Positions 10,749 through 19,956 of a stretch of DNA of 64,000 bases are shown here, piece after piece. Origin of the DNA: a virus (taxonomy: Duplodnaviria; Caudoviricetes); the IMG/VR virus record IMGVR_UViG_3300005281_000001, positions 30,045 to 94,044 of that record; one strand, written 5' to 3'. Every line of letters starts with the position of its first letter. Position 1 is the first letter of the stretch. Position numbers and translations under genes: made by a program. The notes beneath the pieces were generated by a model. The model was given only the letters and a program-made list of their open reading frames with translations. It ran no database searches and was not told the DNA's origin.

Positions 10749-10832
10749 ATGAGCGGCACAAACGAAAACAAACAATTGATGGATGTCCTGACCAACGTAC
10801 GTGTAGATATCGCGCGGCTCGTATACGTTTAA
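10749..10832 (+). pseudogene. Truncated 27-codon ORF, possible remnant of an XhlA-like lysis gene
   Basis: GAGGTG RBS then MSGTNENKQLMDVLTNVRVDIARLVYV*, ending where the low-GC fibre block ends. Confidence 0.35.
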
Positions 10833-10932
10833 TTTGTTCGATCTTCCGAAGTTCAGGCTATTATCATACCAAAGATCGAATCCCATGTGGTATAAATAGC
10901 CTGAACGATCCACTTCGGAAGGAGGGGTACAT

Positions 10933-11286
10933 GTGATGTCGGAATTGACCAACTTCGAGCGAATCGGGGCCGTTGGTCTCGCCGCCATGATAGTATTTAT
11001 CGGCTACAAGATCATGCAACTGCTCATGGATCAATGGCGGGCCAGTACTTCGGCGCAGGAGCGCGCGGTTGATGCACTCAACCGAAACACGGACAGCTTC
11101 GAAAAGCTGGCGGCCGTGTTCGAAAAGCAAGCTGAACGTGATGTCGAATTTCAGAAGTTCGTCACGGGCGTACTCAACAAGAATACTTCGCTGCTGACAA
11201 GTGCCCACCAAAAAATCACCGAACTTCATGGCGCTGTTCTCCGGCATGGCGTTCCGCGATATGAGGGGGATGACCAAGTTGGCTAA
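10933..11286 (+). CDS. Holin-like membrane protein
   Basis: One N-terminal TM helix plus coiled coil; directly upstream of the endolysin. Confidence 0.55.
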   Translation: MMSELTNFERIGAVGLAAMIVFIGYKIMQLLMDQWRASTSAQERAVDALNRNTDSFEKLAAVFEKQAERDVEFQKFVTGVLNKNTSLLTSAHQKITELHGAVLRHGVPRYEGDDQVG

Positions 11287-12091
11287 GATGTTCGACACGG
11301 CGACGAAAATTACGTCCGCCGCAACAGCGAAGAAGTTCGTCGAATCCGGGTACACGGCCATCGGCCGTTACGCGGTTCCAAACAGTTGGAAATCGCTGAC
11401 ACTGTCTGAAGCAAACATTCTGAAGTCCGCCGGCCTGAAGATCATCTCCATTTGGCAGATCGACGGCAAGAACAGCGTGCTTCAGGGGTATGCAAAAGGA
11501 AAGTCGGACGGTGAGCGCGCCGTCGCTTACGCGAAGGAGCTTCAGCAGCCGAAGGGAAGCGCCATCTACACGGCGGTTGACTTCGACGCTCAGGCCAGCC
11601 AGATGGAGACCGTCAAGGCGTATGTGCGAGGTTTCCGGGAGGCTGTCAATGCTGCCGGATATCTCGGCGGCGTGTACGGCTCCGCGGCCGTCATGAAGAC
11701 CTGCATGGCTGCCAAAGTGGCGGACCGTTACTGGCAGACCTACGCATGGAGCAAAGGCGAGGTTGTCAAAGGAATCAACCTGTATCAGCGCAAGAACGAC
11801 TTCTCGATGCATGGTGTGAACATCGACGACAACGACACTTTTGGCGACGAGGGCTGGTGGCCGCTCGACGTGAAGGAGGAAAAACCGTTCGTGAAAGGAA
11901 ATACGAAATTCTCGGATGTGCCGGCTGGACACTGGGCTGAAAGCTCCATCAAGCAGGTTTCCGAAGCCGGGCTCATGAATGGCCTGCCGGACGGCTCTTT
12001 CGGCCTCGGCAAACCGGTGTCGCGGGAAGAATTGGCGGCTGTTGTCGCCAATCTTCTGAATAAAACCAACCTGAGTAAGAAGGAGGATTAA
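11279..12091 (+). CDS. Endolysin: DUF1906/GH25-like catalytic domain plus SLH domain
   Basis: FDTA...IGRY...WKSLT...AIYTAVDFD...GVYGS...WQTYAWS; SLH FSDVPAGHWAESSIKQV...GLMNGLPDGSFG...REELA; start could be 11270. Confidence 0.9.
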   Translation: MAKMFDTATKITSAATAKKFVESGYTAIGRYAVPNSWKSLTLSEANILKSAGLKIISIWQIDGKNSVLQGYAKGKSDGERAVAYAKELQQPKGSAIYTAVDFDAQASQMETVKAYVRGFREAVNAAGYLGGVYGSAAVMKTCMAAKVADRYWQTYAWSKGEVVKGINLYQRKNDFSMHGVNIDDNDTFGDEGWWPLDVKEEKPFVKGNTKFSDVPAGHWAESSIKQVSEAGLMNGLPDGSFGLGKPVSREELAAVVANLLNKTNLSKKED

Positions 12092-12094
12092 CGG

Positions 12095-12376
12095 ATGAAC
12101 GGGCAAGACGTGATGCAAGATGTGCTGCTGTTTGCGTCCGCCATCGTGGTGTTCGTCACCGCACTGGTTCAACTGGTGAAGGTGTCGATCAACCTTCCGA
12201 AGCGTGTCGTGCCGCTTATCGGCCTGCTTATCGGCCTCGGCATCGGCGCTGTGGCCTATCCGTTTACGGAGCTCGACCTGATTCTCCGCCTGTGGTCCGG
12301 TGGGATCGCCGGCCTGTCGGCTACCGGACTTTTTGAGTTGGTATTCAATAAGCACGAAGGCACGACAAAGGAATAA
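12095..12376 (+). CDS. Holin
   Basis: Three hydrophobic segments, LPKRVVPLIGLLIG...GIAGLSATGLFE; follows the endolysin. Confidence 0.85.
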   Translation: MNGQDVMQDVLLFASAIVVFVTALVQLVKVSINLPKRVVPLIGLLIGLGIGAVAYPFTELDLILRLWSGGIAGLSATGLFELVFNKHEGTTKE

Positions 12377-12388
12377 TCGAGCTTCCGA

Positions 12389-12413
12389 AGCCCGCCTTAA
12401 TGGCGGGTTTTTC
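12389..12413 (+). terminator. Intrinsic terminator ending the lysis operon
   Basis: gcccgcc-ttaat-ggcgggt followed by a T tract. Confidence 0.75.
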
Positions 12414-12414
12414 G

Positions 12415-12443
12415 TTGACAGAGTAAATAAACCTTGATATCGT
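12415..12443 (+). promoter_or_regulatory. sigmaA-type promoter of the HU gene
   Basis: TTGACA-17 bp-TATCGT with extended TG. Confidence 0.7.
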
Positions 12444-12482
12444 CAGCTTCAGAAGTCAACCACTTCGGAAAGGAGGTACGCT

Positions 12483-12776
12483 ATGAACAAGATGGAGCTC
12501 GTCGCAGCCGCAGCAGCGAAAAGCGGCGACTCGCAACGCGCGACTAAGCGTGCGCTGGATGCGATCGTCGAGACGATCATCGAATGCACGCAGCGGGGCG
12601 AGGAAGTGAAGATTCAAGGTCTAGGTACGTTCTCCGTATCCAAACGGGCAGCTCGTAAGGGCCGGAACGTCATCACGGGAGAAACCGTCCATATACCGGA
12701 GCGCAATCTTCCGAAGTTTACAGCAAGTCTGGACCTGAAGAAGGCTGCTATGGCGTCGAAGTCCGACGCGCAATGA
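12483..12776 (+). CDS. hup: HU family DNA-binding protein
   Basis: MNKMELV...GEEVKIQGLGTFSVSKRAARKGRNVITGETVHIP...PKF. Confidence 0.95.
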   Translation: MNKMELVAAAAAKSGDSQRATKRALDAIVETIIECTQRGEEVKIQGLGTFSVSKRAARKGRNVITGETVHIPERNLPKFTASLDLKKAAMASKSDAQ

Positions 12777-12845
12777 CGCCATAAGCGAAAAACAAATGCA
12801 CGCTTGCCGCGGAGGCATCGCTGTGTACACAAGCAACGAGTCCCG

Positions 12846-12876
12846 AAAGCACCCTGTTATTTGCAGGGTGCTTTTC
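12846..12876 (+). terminator. Intrinsic terminator after HU
   Basis: aaagcaccctg...cagggtgctttt. Confidence 0.75.
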
Positions 12877-12885
12877 GTTTACATG

Positions 12886-12966
12886 CTTCCGAAGCGCGCT
12901 AGAATTCTGAAAGTATCCTGTGTATGTTGGGTGTGAGGGATAGCAACCCTAAAAGGAGGATGCGCT
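12886..12966 (+). promoter_or_regulatory. Phage promoter cassette copy 1 (TAGAAT-17-TATGTT, hairpin, RBS)
   Basis: Shares TAGAATT...CCTGTGTATG with copies at 30371, 38375, 38781, 40758 and 43536. Confidence 0.75.
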
Positions 12967-14223
12967 ATGGAACTGAAAACGAAAGACGGGTACTACCTGA
13001 TCCTGAAAGACCTCATGCCTGTGCTGGAGGACAAAATCCAGAAACTCCAGCGCCGGGCGAAGAAGTTGAATCTTCCGACAATCAGGATCGAGCAGGACGG
13101 TGAAGTCGTCAAGAAGGACCGCGGCCGCGTATACGAGTTCATACGCGTACGGCCGATGGGCGACGCGCCTACGCTCGACGGGTGGGAATTCATCGGCACC
13201 ATCCGACACACGCCGGAAGGGAACATCATCGCCGTTGTTCCGGGGTCAAAATACGAGGCTCCGGCCGCACTGCGGGATGCTCGACCGATGTGCGACCACT
13301 GCAAGACCCGGAGAGCTCGCAATGAGACCTACATCGTACGTAACACGAAAAGCCGCAAGGTCAAGCAGGTTGGCCGTTCTTGCTTGAAAGACTTCCTTAA
13401 TGGTCACGGAAGTCCGGAGGCGGTTACCGCGTTCTTCTCGACATTCAGAAGTTTCGAAGAATTTCTGAAGTCGCTGCGCGACCGCAGCGAAACTTCGGGA
13501 CGGGACAAGTACCTGCTGGACGTTGAATGCCTGCTGACGTTCGCCGCACAGGTGGCGATCGACGACGGTTATTTTGTAAGCATCGCTGAAGCTCGCGGCA
13601 ATAAGGACGTCGACAGCACTGCCGCCAAAGCCTTGAAGTTCCTGCACAGGCATATGGACCCGTCATTTGAGCGCGACAAGCCGCGCCTGACCATCACGAA
13701 AGCGGCGGAGCAGATGGCCGCCGACATCATGGCGTGGGTAAAAGGTAACTTCGGAGGTAAAAGCGTCGACGACATGACCATCTATGAGTACAACTTGACG
13801 GTGATGTTCGCATTGCCCGGTGTTAAGCCCCGCGATGTCTACACAGTGATATCCGCCGTGGGCGCTTACAAGCGCACGCAAGAGCGGGAAGTCGCGCGCC
13901 GGGCGGAACAACGGCGCTACAAACAGAGCCAGCACGTCGGTAAGGTGGGCGATCGGGTGGAACTTGATCTTACTCTTATGAAGACGCGCACGGTGTGCAC
14001 GGACTACGGCGATATGCACATCTACGTTTTCGAAGATGACGCCGGCAATGTGCTGGTCTGGAAGACGTCGACGATCATGATGTTCGTTACGGAGAACGAC
14101 GAACAAACCTTCAAACCCGGCGACAGACTGCGGCTTCGCGCCACAATTAAGGACCACGACGAGTATAACAACATCAAGCAGACGGTGCTTGCCCGCGGCA
14201 AAGCGCTCGCCGTTCTCGGATAA
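12967..14223 (+). CDS. Conserved phage protein with Zn-finger (CDHC...C) and C-terminal OB-fold
   Basis: CDHCKTRRARN...QVGRSCL; C-terminal GKVGDRVEL...YG...FED..GNVLVWKTS...ATIKDH.EY...QT. Confidence 0.7.
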   Translation: MELKTKDGYYLILKDLMPVLEDKIQKLQRRAKKLNLPTIRIEQDGEVVKKDRGRVYEFIRVRPMGDAPTLDGWEFIGTIRHTPEGNIIAVVPGSKYEAPAALRDARPMCDHCKTRRARNETYIVRNTKSRKVKQVGRSCLKDFLNGHGSPEAVTAFFSTFRSFEEFLKSLRDRSETSGRDKYLLDVECLLTFAAQVAIDDGYFVSIAEARGNKDVDSTAAKALKFLHRHMDPSFERDKPRLTITKAAEQMAADIMAWVKGNFGGKSVDDMTIYEYNLTVMFALPGVKPRDVYTVISAVGAYKRTQEREVARRAEQRRYKQSQHVGKVGDRVELDLTLMKTRTVCTDYGDMHIYVFEDDAGNVLVWKTSTIMMFVTENDEQTFKPGDRLRLRATIKDHDEYNNIKQTVLARGKALAVLG

Positions 14224-14343
14224 TCCTGATTATGGTTGGGCTGGTGAACGGATGGGTTAAACCGATCACCAGCCTAGGCTTACTTTCATTTCCAATACCA
14301 AAATATGGTGTTCACAAAAGCGAATGAATTTGTTCTTAATTGA

Positions 14344-14504
14344 GAATTCAGTACCAACTCATACGGAATTCGAGGATGCACGCCCTCAGAAGCCTACTCG
14401 CTAAAATTTTTGTACCGCGCTATCAGAACGCGAACCAAAAATTTTAGCGAGTAAAAACGAAAGGGTAGACATAGTCGAATTACGTACCAACTCGTACTGA
14501 ATTC
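14344..14504. repeat. 161-bp symmetric element: two 28-bp 11-6-11 dyad sites around a perfect 18-bp inverted repeat
   Basis: GAATTCAGTAC-CAACTC-ATACGGAATTC (14344-14371), GAATTACGTAC-CAACTC-GTACTGAATTC (14477-14504); IR 14395-14412/14436-14453; all centred on 14424. Confidence 0.9.
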
Positions 14505-14530
14505 GCAATAGAGAACAGGAAAACAGGCCG

Positions 14531-14560
14531 AACTTGTCAAAAGTTGTTCAAAGTTGTACA
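14531..14560 (+). promoter_or_regulatory. 10-bp-period direct repeat array (putative regulator site)
   Basis: AACTTGTCAA AAGTTGTTCA AAGTTGTACA. Confidence 0.7.
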
Positions 14561-14623
14561 ATGGAAACGAACATAATTTACACTTCCGAAGCGGAAATTT
14601 ATGAAAATAAGGAGCTGGTAAGA

Positions 14624-16048
14624 ATGAACGCGACGATGAACCATGACATGATGCAGGGGAAATGGACGGTAGATGATCTGGTAAAGGTGCTGGATATCCC
14701 GGAAGGCGGGGAATCTGCCGTCCGCGCCTACGTCGAGAAGGAACTGGCCCGGGCGGAGAAACACCCCCGCGGGTCGGTTGACTGGAAGCAGGGCTTTATC
14801 AGCCGCCTCCAGAAGGCTATCGATGATGGCGATATCGAATTTAAGGGTGCCGATGATGAAGAATTCATCCCTGCTACACAAGAGGTTGCGAAGCAGGCGC
14901 TGAAGCGCCTGTTGACGGAGAAGAGCGCGGTCATTGCGGAACTGTATGAGAAGCATGCAGAATATAACAAGAAGTACTTCGCCGGCCAGCTCTCCGTGCC
15001 GGTCATAACGATCGAGAAGATGTCGAACCGTACGCTCGGCAACTACCAGCCGGAGGACGCAAGCGGTCTGAAGAACCACATCCGGTTCAATGAGAATTTC
15101 ATTGCGCTTCAGCTCGAGGACGATAACATGGAACGTATTCTGGAGACGCTTAAGCACGAAATGATCCACCAATGGCAGGACGAAGTGCTGTACGCGCCGC
15201 GCGGTGAAGAGCCGACACGGATGGTGACCATCCTCCAGCGGGACGACGACGGCAACATTGGTTATGTTGAAGTGCTTCAGAAGCGCCGGCCGAAGGAGTG
15301 GCACAATAAGGACTTCCGGGACATGGCCGCCTGCGTCGGAATCCCGGCGAAAGGCGCGAAGTGCTACGGTAACCCGGCCCGCATGCCGGAGGCCAAGAGT
15401 TACAACCGGAAATTTACGTGCGGCTGCGTGGCGTCGAATGGGTATCCGGTCACGATCTGGAGCACGCGTCCGATTAACGCGACCTGCAACATCTGCAAGA
15501 ACCGGTTTATCGAAGTTCCGAAGGCCATGACCCGCGGCAAGGTCATCGAAATCAAGATGTCGCACGTGGAGCGTAAGGGACAGGACGCCGTCAAGGATAT
15601 GATGCTGAAGCAATACGAGCAGTTCGAGTGCTTCGCGTCGCGGGAAGAAAAGGATATGTTCGTCGCAGCGCTCGAGGGGCCGTTTGAAACGGGCGTTTAT
15701 CAGAAGTTCCACAACGCGTATGCACAAGGCTACCGGTACTGGGTAGCGTTCAGCGGCAGCCACCCGGGCGCCGTCCAGAAGGGAGCGGAGGATGAGACCT
15801 CGGTGAATGCGGCGTCTGAAGCTACACAGGAGCTCGAGCAGGCAGAGAGCGAAACGTCGGCGGCCGCGGAGCCGGTTGCGGTTCGTGAGTACTCCGCGGA
15901 CAATCCGCAGGACATCATCGACCTGTACCGGGAGGAAGGATCGACCCGGAAGGTTGCCGCGCGTCTGGGAATGGCGCAGTCGACGCTCATGGGCCGGATC
16001 AAGAAGTATCAGATCGACTTCAGGACCGGCACGTATGTCATGCCGTGA
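14624..16048 (+). CDS. SprT-like zinc metalloprotease with Zn-ribbon and C-terminal HTH
   Basis: YNKKYFAGQL...ETLKHEMIHQWQ...H(NKDF); CGC...CNIC; C-terminal STRKVAARLGMAQSTLMGRIKKY; AAGGAG RBS before ATG 14624. Confidence 0.8.
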   Translation: MNATMNHDMMQGKWTVDDLVKVLDIPEGGESAVRAYVEKELARAEKHPRGSVDWKQGFISRLQKAIDDGDIEFKGADDEEFIPATQEVAKQALKRLLTEKSAVIAELYEKHAEYNKKYFAGQLSVPVITIEKMSNRTLGNYQPEDASGLKNHIRFNENFIALQLEDDNMERILETLKHEMIHQWQDEVLYAPRGEEPTRMVTILQRDDDGNIGYVEVLQKRRPKEWHNKDFRDMAACVGIPAKGAKCYGNPARMPEAKSYNRKFTCGCVASNGYPVTIWSTRPINATCNICKNRFIEVPKAMTRGKVIEIKMSHVERKGQDAVKDMMLKQYEQFECFASREEKDMFVAALEGPFETGVYQKFHNAYAQGYRYWVAFSGSHPGAVQKGAEDETSVNAASEATQELEQAESETSAAAEPVAVREYSADNPQDIIDLYREEGSTRKVAARLGMAQSTLMGRIKKYQIDFRTGTYVMP

Positions 16049-16077
16049 TTGTAGGATTCTGGGGAGGGTGATATCCT

Positions 16078-16401
16078 ATGGAATGGTTGAAAAATGCACT
16101 CAGCACTGTCGAGCACGCCAACTTTCGGAAAGTGCGCGCTCGTATGATGCAGGAAGCTTACCTGAAGGGCGAGTCGACGCGGCGCAATGTCCGCGTCGCC
16201 TACGCCGACATGACATTCAAGTTCTACTACCGCGGCAGTCTTATCATGGAGTGGGATATGGTGACGGATGAGACGCGCAACGTGTCCGTGGGCGCATACG
16301 AGACGGCCGCCAGCACCATCTACCAACGCACGCAGGCTCGCAATGCGATCCACGAATTTCGGGAGGTCCTGCACGGCTTCAGGGAGGCTCTTAACCTATG
16401 A
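16078..16401 (+). CDS. Hypothetical protein
   Basis: GGAGGG RBS; ORF in an operon-like array. Confidence 0.6.
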   Translation: MEWLKNALSTVEHANFRKVRARMMQEAYLKGESTRRNVRVAYADMTFKFYYRGSLIMEWDMVTDETRNVSVGAYETAASTIYQRTQARNAIHEFREVLHGFREALNL

Positions 16402-16700
16402 GGCTCGCAATTCTCGGACTGCTCGCCGCCTTTTTCGGGTTCGAGTTTTTCCGGGGCATATCCATGATGTTCGCACGAAATAGCCAGCGATCCCGTATCG
16501 AGCCGCCGCGCGTGATGCATGGAACGCAGCAGGGTATGCCGCCAATACACATAACACAGGTCACAATCGTGGGAGGGGACAAAGATGACCGTACTGAAAA
16601 GACCGAGTATTGCGCCACCACCGTCTATGGTGGCGACTCCACCGCCGACTATCAGCCGCCCGTCCGACTCGATCGCTTCGACCGTTTCGGCCGCCGTTAA
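16398..16700 (+). CDS. Hypothetical protein with N-terminal hydrophobic segment
   Basis: GGAGG RBS; start overlaps the previous stop; overlaps the next gene by about 116 bp. Confidence 0.4.
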   Translation: MRLAILGLLAAFFGFEFFRGISMMFARNSQRSRIEPPRVMHGTQQGMPPIHITQVTIVGGDKDDRTEKTEYCATTVYGGDSTADYQPPVRLDRFDRFGRR

Positions 16701-17199
16701 GGCAGCACCGCGCCCGCCGGCGGCGGTTAAGCCTCCGGCCCCGTCTGTGCAGCAGGCGCCCGCACCGGAGCCTCCGAAGATCGAGGATGTGCCGCCGCTG
16801 GCAGATCGAGAAGTTCCGAAGTCGGAGGAATACCGCCAGCCGCCGGCAGTCGACGAACCGCCGCGGGCTGATGGGCAGATTACCATGCTCAAACTGCGCG
16901 CGCTTCCGCTGGAAGAACGCCACGCTTTGTGGCGGCGCCTGAACAAACAGGTCGGCGACGACACGTTGTTCATCACGGTCCTCATGCCGGAGGAACTTCC
17001 GAAGCAGATGCAGCGCGAGCATCCGCCGCAGGGCAAGCGCCCGGTCGGGAAGAACGTGTACTGGTGCTGCTACTGCGCTGATTGGTCGGTATTCGAGCAT
17101 TTCTCCTATCTGGGGAGCCATAAGTGCATCGGCTGCGGCATTTCGACGAAGGATTACTACGTCCGCGGCGCGAACGGCTTGTGGAAGAAAGAGGTATGA
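16585..17199 (+). CDS. Pro-rich protein with C-terminal Zn finger
   Basis: GGAGG RBS; YWCCYC...CIGCGISTKDYYV. Confidence 0.7.
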   Translation: MTVLKRPSIAPPPSMVATPPPTISRPSDSIASTVSAAVKAAPRPPAAVKPPAPSVQQAPAPEPPKIEDVPPLADREVPKSEEYRQPPAVDEPPRADGQITMLKLRALPLEERHALWRRLNKQVGDDTLFITVLMPEELPKQMQREHPPQGKRPVGKNVYWCCYCADWSVFEHFSYLGSHKCIGCGISTKDYYVRGANGLWKKEV

Positions 17200-17204
17200 T
17201 TACC

Positions 17205-17465
17205 ATGCGAGATCGGATCACGGAAGCATTCAACGACTTCATGCAGCGCCTGTTTGGCGAGGTTCCGGCCGATCCGAGACGGCTTTCGGTCGACCGCACC
17301 AGATACACGGAGACGATGCTTGAGGTTCAGAAGGAGTATGGGCTTCAGCAGGGTGACCCGGATTTTCTGGAGTGGGTACTGACGCTTGTCGGCAGATCAC
17401 CGGTCATTACTGAAGGGAGAGAGGACTATGCAAGATCAGAGCAAGCAGAACATGGGACAGCCTAA
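17205..17465 (+). CDS. Hypothetical protein
   Basis: GAGG RBS; overlaps the next gene. Confidence 0.55.
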   Translation: MRDRITEAFNDFMQRLFGEVPADPRRLSVDRTRYTETMLEVQKEYGLQQGDPDFLEWVLTLVGRSPVITEGREDYARSEQAEHGTA

Positions 17466-17796
17466 ACCGGGGATGGTGACGACCAAACAGGGCGCAGAGA
17501 ACAGCAAACCGTGGGTGCGGCTGCACATGGCCCGGCAGACGGATTCTTGCCGAATGCCGGATGTCATCATAGGCAAGCTTCAGAAGGAGACGCCGACAGA
17601 GTTCGTGCTGACGAATGTGCTGGAGATTACACCTGAAGGCGTGAGCGAGCGCAATTTTTACGACGTGATTAACCGGACCTACGTCTACCGCTGCGAGGTC
17701 ATCGGATTTAGGCCGGATGACGAAGAAATACTGGCGTCGCAGTACGGAGAGGTTATGGGACCGTCGCTCGGCGGCGGGTTCGGAGGTCTCGGATAA
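17428..17796 (+). CDS. Hypothetical protein
   Basis: Purine-rich RBS; followed by the terminator at about 17808-17840. Confidence 0.6.
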   Translation: MQDQSKQNMGQPKPGMVTTKQGAENSKPWVRLHMARQTDSCRMPDVIIGKLQKETPTEFVLTNVLEITPEGVSERNFYDVINRTYVYRCEVIGFRPDDEEILASQYGEVMGPSLGGGFGGLG

Positions 17797-17807
17797 CTTC
17801 GAAACAT

Positions 17808-17840
17808 GGCCGAGGGTTCAGGCCCTCGGCTTTTATTTTT
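17808..17840 (+). terminator. Intrinsic terminator
   Basis: gccgaggg-ttcagg-ccctcggc followed by ttttatttt. Confidence 0.75.
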
Positions 17841-17917
17841 GTCTAAAGACGTTCACGTTTGTTGTTTTTTGTCCGATATGGTACAATATCCATGCAAGGA
17901 GTAAGGGGGATGATGAC

Positions 17918-19930
17918 GTGTCGGCAGTGATGTTGAAGCTTATGGATAACCCACGGTTCGTCTATTTTGCCGGCAATACTTATCCATACAAGGACATCAT
18001 CAAAGTCATCCCGGGCGCACGATGGAATAAAACCGCGAAGGTATGGTATATTCCGATCGAGTCCGTGCAGGACGCGTTGCGCATCTTCCCCTCGCTGCAC
18101 GTGGACAGCAGCGTAAAGAATGCGCACGCCAGCACCAGCTCGAGGCTTCAGGCGGCGCTGGAGCTTAAGGGTAAGGACTTCCGAAGCGTCGCTCCGAAGC
18201 CGGTTCCCGGCCTTAATGCAACGCTTCGGAATTACCAACAGCTCAGCTTCGACTTCCTGCACCTGCTCGGCCCGGGCGAGGGCGCCGTGTTGGGCCTCGA
18301 TATGGGCCTCGGGAAGTCGGTTACGATGCTGGCATATTTTCTGTCCCTGATGCATAAAGGTATCATCGATTACGCCCTCGTTGTATGTCCGTCTCCGCTT
18401 AAGTACGCGACATGGGCAAAGGAGATTCAGAAGTTTACAAACATCCCATTTACCGTCATCGACGGAGACGCCAGCGCGATCGTCGAATGGGATAACGGTA
18501 AACGTGAGCGTTTGGAAGGTCGGGCGCTGCGGGAGGTCCAGTACCAGCAGTGGATGTTCGGAAGTCGTGTCCTCATCATGAACTATGAGCTGTTCCTGCA
18601 TGATTCCGAGCACGACACCTATGTGTTCGAGCAGCCGCTTCTGGAAGTGAACCAGAAGATTTACCAAAACCTTATCGAGCACTTCAATGTTTTGGAGGGT
18701 CGGAAGCCGGACCATAAGACGGGCATCAAGAAAGCGCAGAGTGAACTGCTTCCGAAGATCGTCAATAACCCTAAAGAATATACGATTCGGAAGCATAAGG
18801 GCGTGTACTCCCTGTTCCGAAGGGTTCGAGTTCCGTCGATTCTGCCGCCGATAACGGATCGCTGGGCGGTCTTTCTGGATGAGGCGCACCGCATCAAAAA
18901 TCCGAAGTCCGACACGACGAAGAAGCTGCTGGCGCACTTGAAGCCGGCAGGTCGGAAAGTGCTCGGAACCGGCACACCGCTGGAGAACAACATCGTCGAG
19001 CTCTATTCGCTGGTCGACTTCAGCCGGCCGGGCATCCTCGGGACGTACTACGATTTCCTGTCCCGTTATGTCGAATGCGACGACTACGGCACGCCGATTG
19101 CGCCGAAGCCGCAGATGCTTCAGGAACTGCGGGATAAGATATCACCGATTATGATCCGCTTCACCAAACAGGAAGTGTTGCCGGAGCTTCCGCCGCTCGA
19201 GCGCGTCGACTACTCCGTCAGCATGACGGATGTGCAGAAGAAGCTGTACGACCAGATCAAAGAAGGCATTCTGGTCAACGTCAAAGATGGGTCATTTACC
19301 TACATGGACGTGATTGTTCAGCTTACTCGGCTCCAGCAAGTGCTTGACTCGCCGGCCCTTCTTCGGAAGGTTATGGAGGACGATACGCTGCCGGAAGACA
19401 GCGGAAAGCTGCGGGAGTTGGTCGGTATCATCTCGGACATCGATCCGAAGCGTAACCAATTCCTGATTTTCAGTCAGTACGCCGAAATGACCGACATCCT
19501 TTACCGGTTCCTGACGACGCCGCAGAGTGGTAAGCAGATACTTAAACCTTCCGAAGTAGGTTACGTTCGCGGCGGGATGACGGCGCGGCAGATCGAGAAT
19601 GTCCGCGAGGCGTTTCAGGCCGGACGTATGCGCTGCGTCATCATGACGACGGCCGGCAATTACGGGCTCGACCTGTATAAGGCCAGCTATGCGATCTGTT
19701 ACGACCAGCTATTCAATCCGCAGAAGATGGAGCAGTTCCTGTCCCGCGGACACCGCAGCGGGAACACGACCGGCCTGACGGCGATTACGCTGACGACCAA
19801 AGACAGCTACGAGGAAAAGAAGCAGGCGCTGCTGGAGCGCAAGCGCGAGCTGTTTAAGGCCATGGTCGACGAGGATGAGGCTGCATTTATGCGGCTGATT
19901 ACGCCGGATGATCTCATGGAGCTCTTGTGA
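17918..19930 (+). CDS. SNF2-family (SF2) helicase
   Basis: LRNYQ, DMGLGKS, LVVCP, DEAHRIKN, TGTPLENN, LIFSQY, GNYGLDL, QFLSRGHRSG motifs; GTG start after AAGGGGG. Confidence 0.92.
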   Translation: MSAVMLKLMDNPRFVYFAGNTYPYKDIIKVIPGARWNKTAKVWYIPIESVQDALRIFPSLHVDSSVKNAHASTSSRLQAALELKGKDFRSVAPKPVPGLNATLRNYQQLSFDFLHLLGPGEGAVLGLDMGLGKSVTMLAYFLSLMHKGIIDYALVVCPSPLKYATWAKEIQKFTNIPFTVIDGDASAIVEWDNGKRERLEGRALREVQYQQWMFGSRVLIMNYELFLHDSEHDTYVFEQPLLEVNQKIYQNLIEHFNVLEGRKPDHKTGIKKAQSELLPKIVNNPKEYTIRKHKGVYSLFRRVRVPSILPPITDRWAVFLDEAHRIKNPKSDTTKKLLAHLKPAGRKVLGTGTPLENNIVELYSLVDFSRPGILGTYYDFLSRYVECDDYGTPIAPKPQMLQELRDKISPIMIRFTKQEVLPELPPLERVDYSVSMTDVQKKLYDQIKEGILVNVKDGSFTYMDVIVQLTRLQQVLDSPALLRKVMEDDTLPEDSGKLRELVGIISDIDPKRNQFLIFSQYAEMTDILYRFLTTPQSGKQILKPSEVGYVRGGMTARQIENVREAFQAGRMRCVIMTTAGNYGLDLYKASYAICYDQLFNPQKMEQFLSRGHRSGNTTGLTAITLTTKDSYEEKKQALLERKRELFKAMVDEDEAAFMRLITPDDLMELL

Positions 19931-19956
19931 GTTGGAACTTTACAGGGAGGGTTACC

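Noticed and set aside
14344-14504. Canonical Firmicute dif site or LexA box
   Set aside because: The architecture is dif-like but the arms do not resemble the XerD arm TTATGTAAACT or the CGAAC-N4-GTTCG box. Kept only as an unknown site.
18600-18850. Intein or intron in the SNF2 helicase (also the insertions in PolA near 27920-28080 and in dUTPase)
   Set aside because: The insertions are short, in frame, and lack C/S...HN-C/S/T splice motifs or stop codons. They are probably loop insertions.
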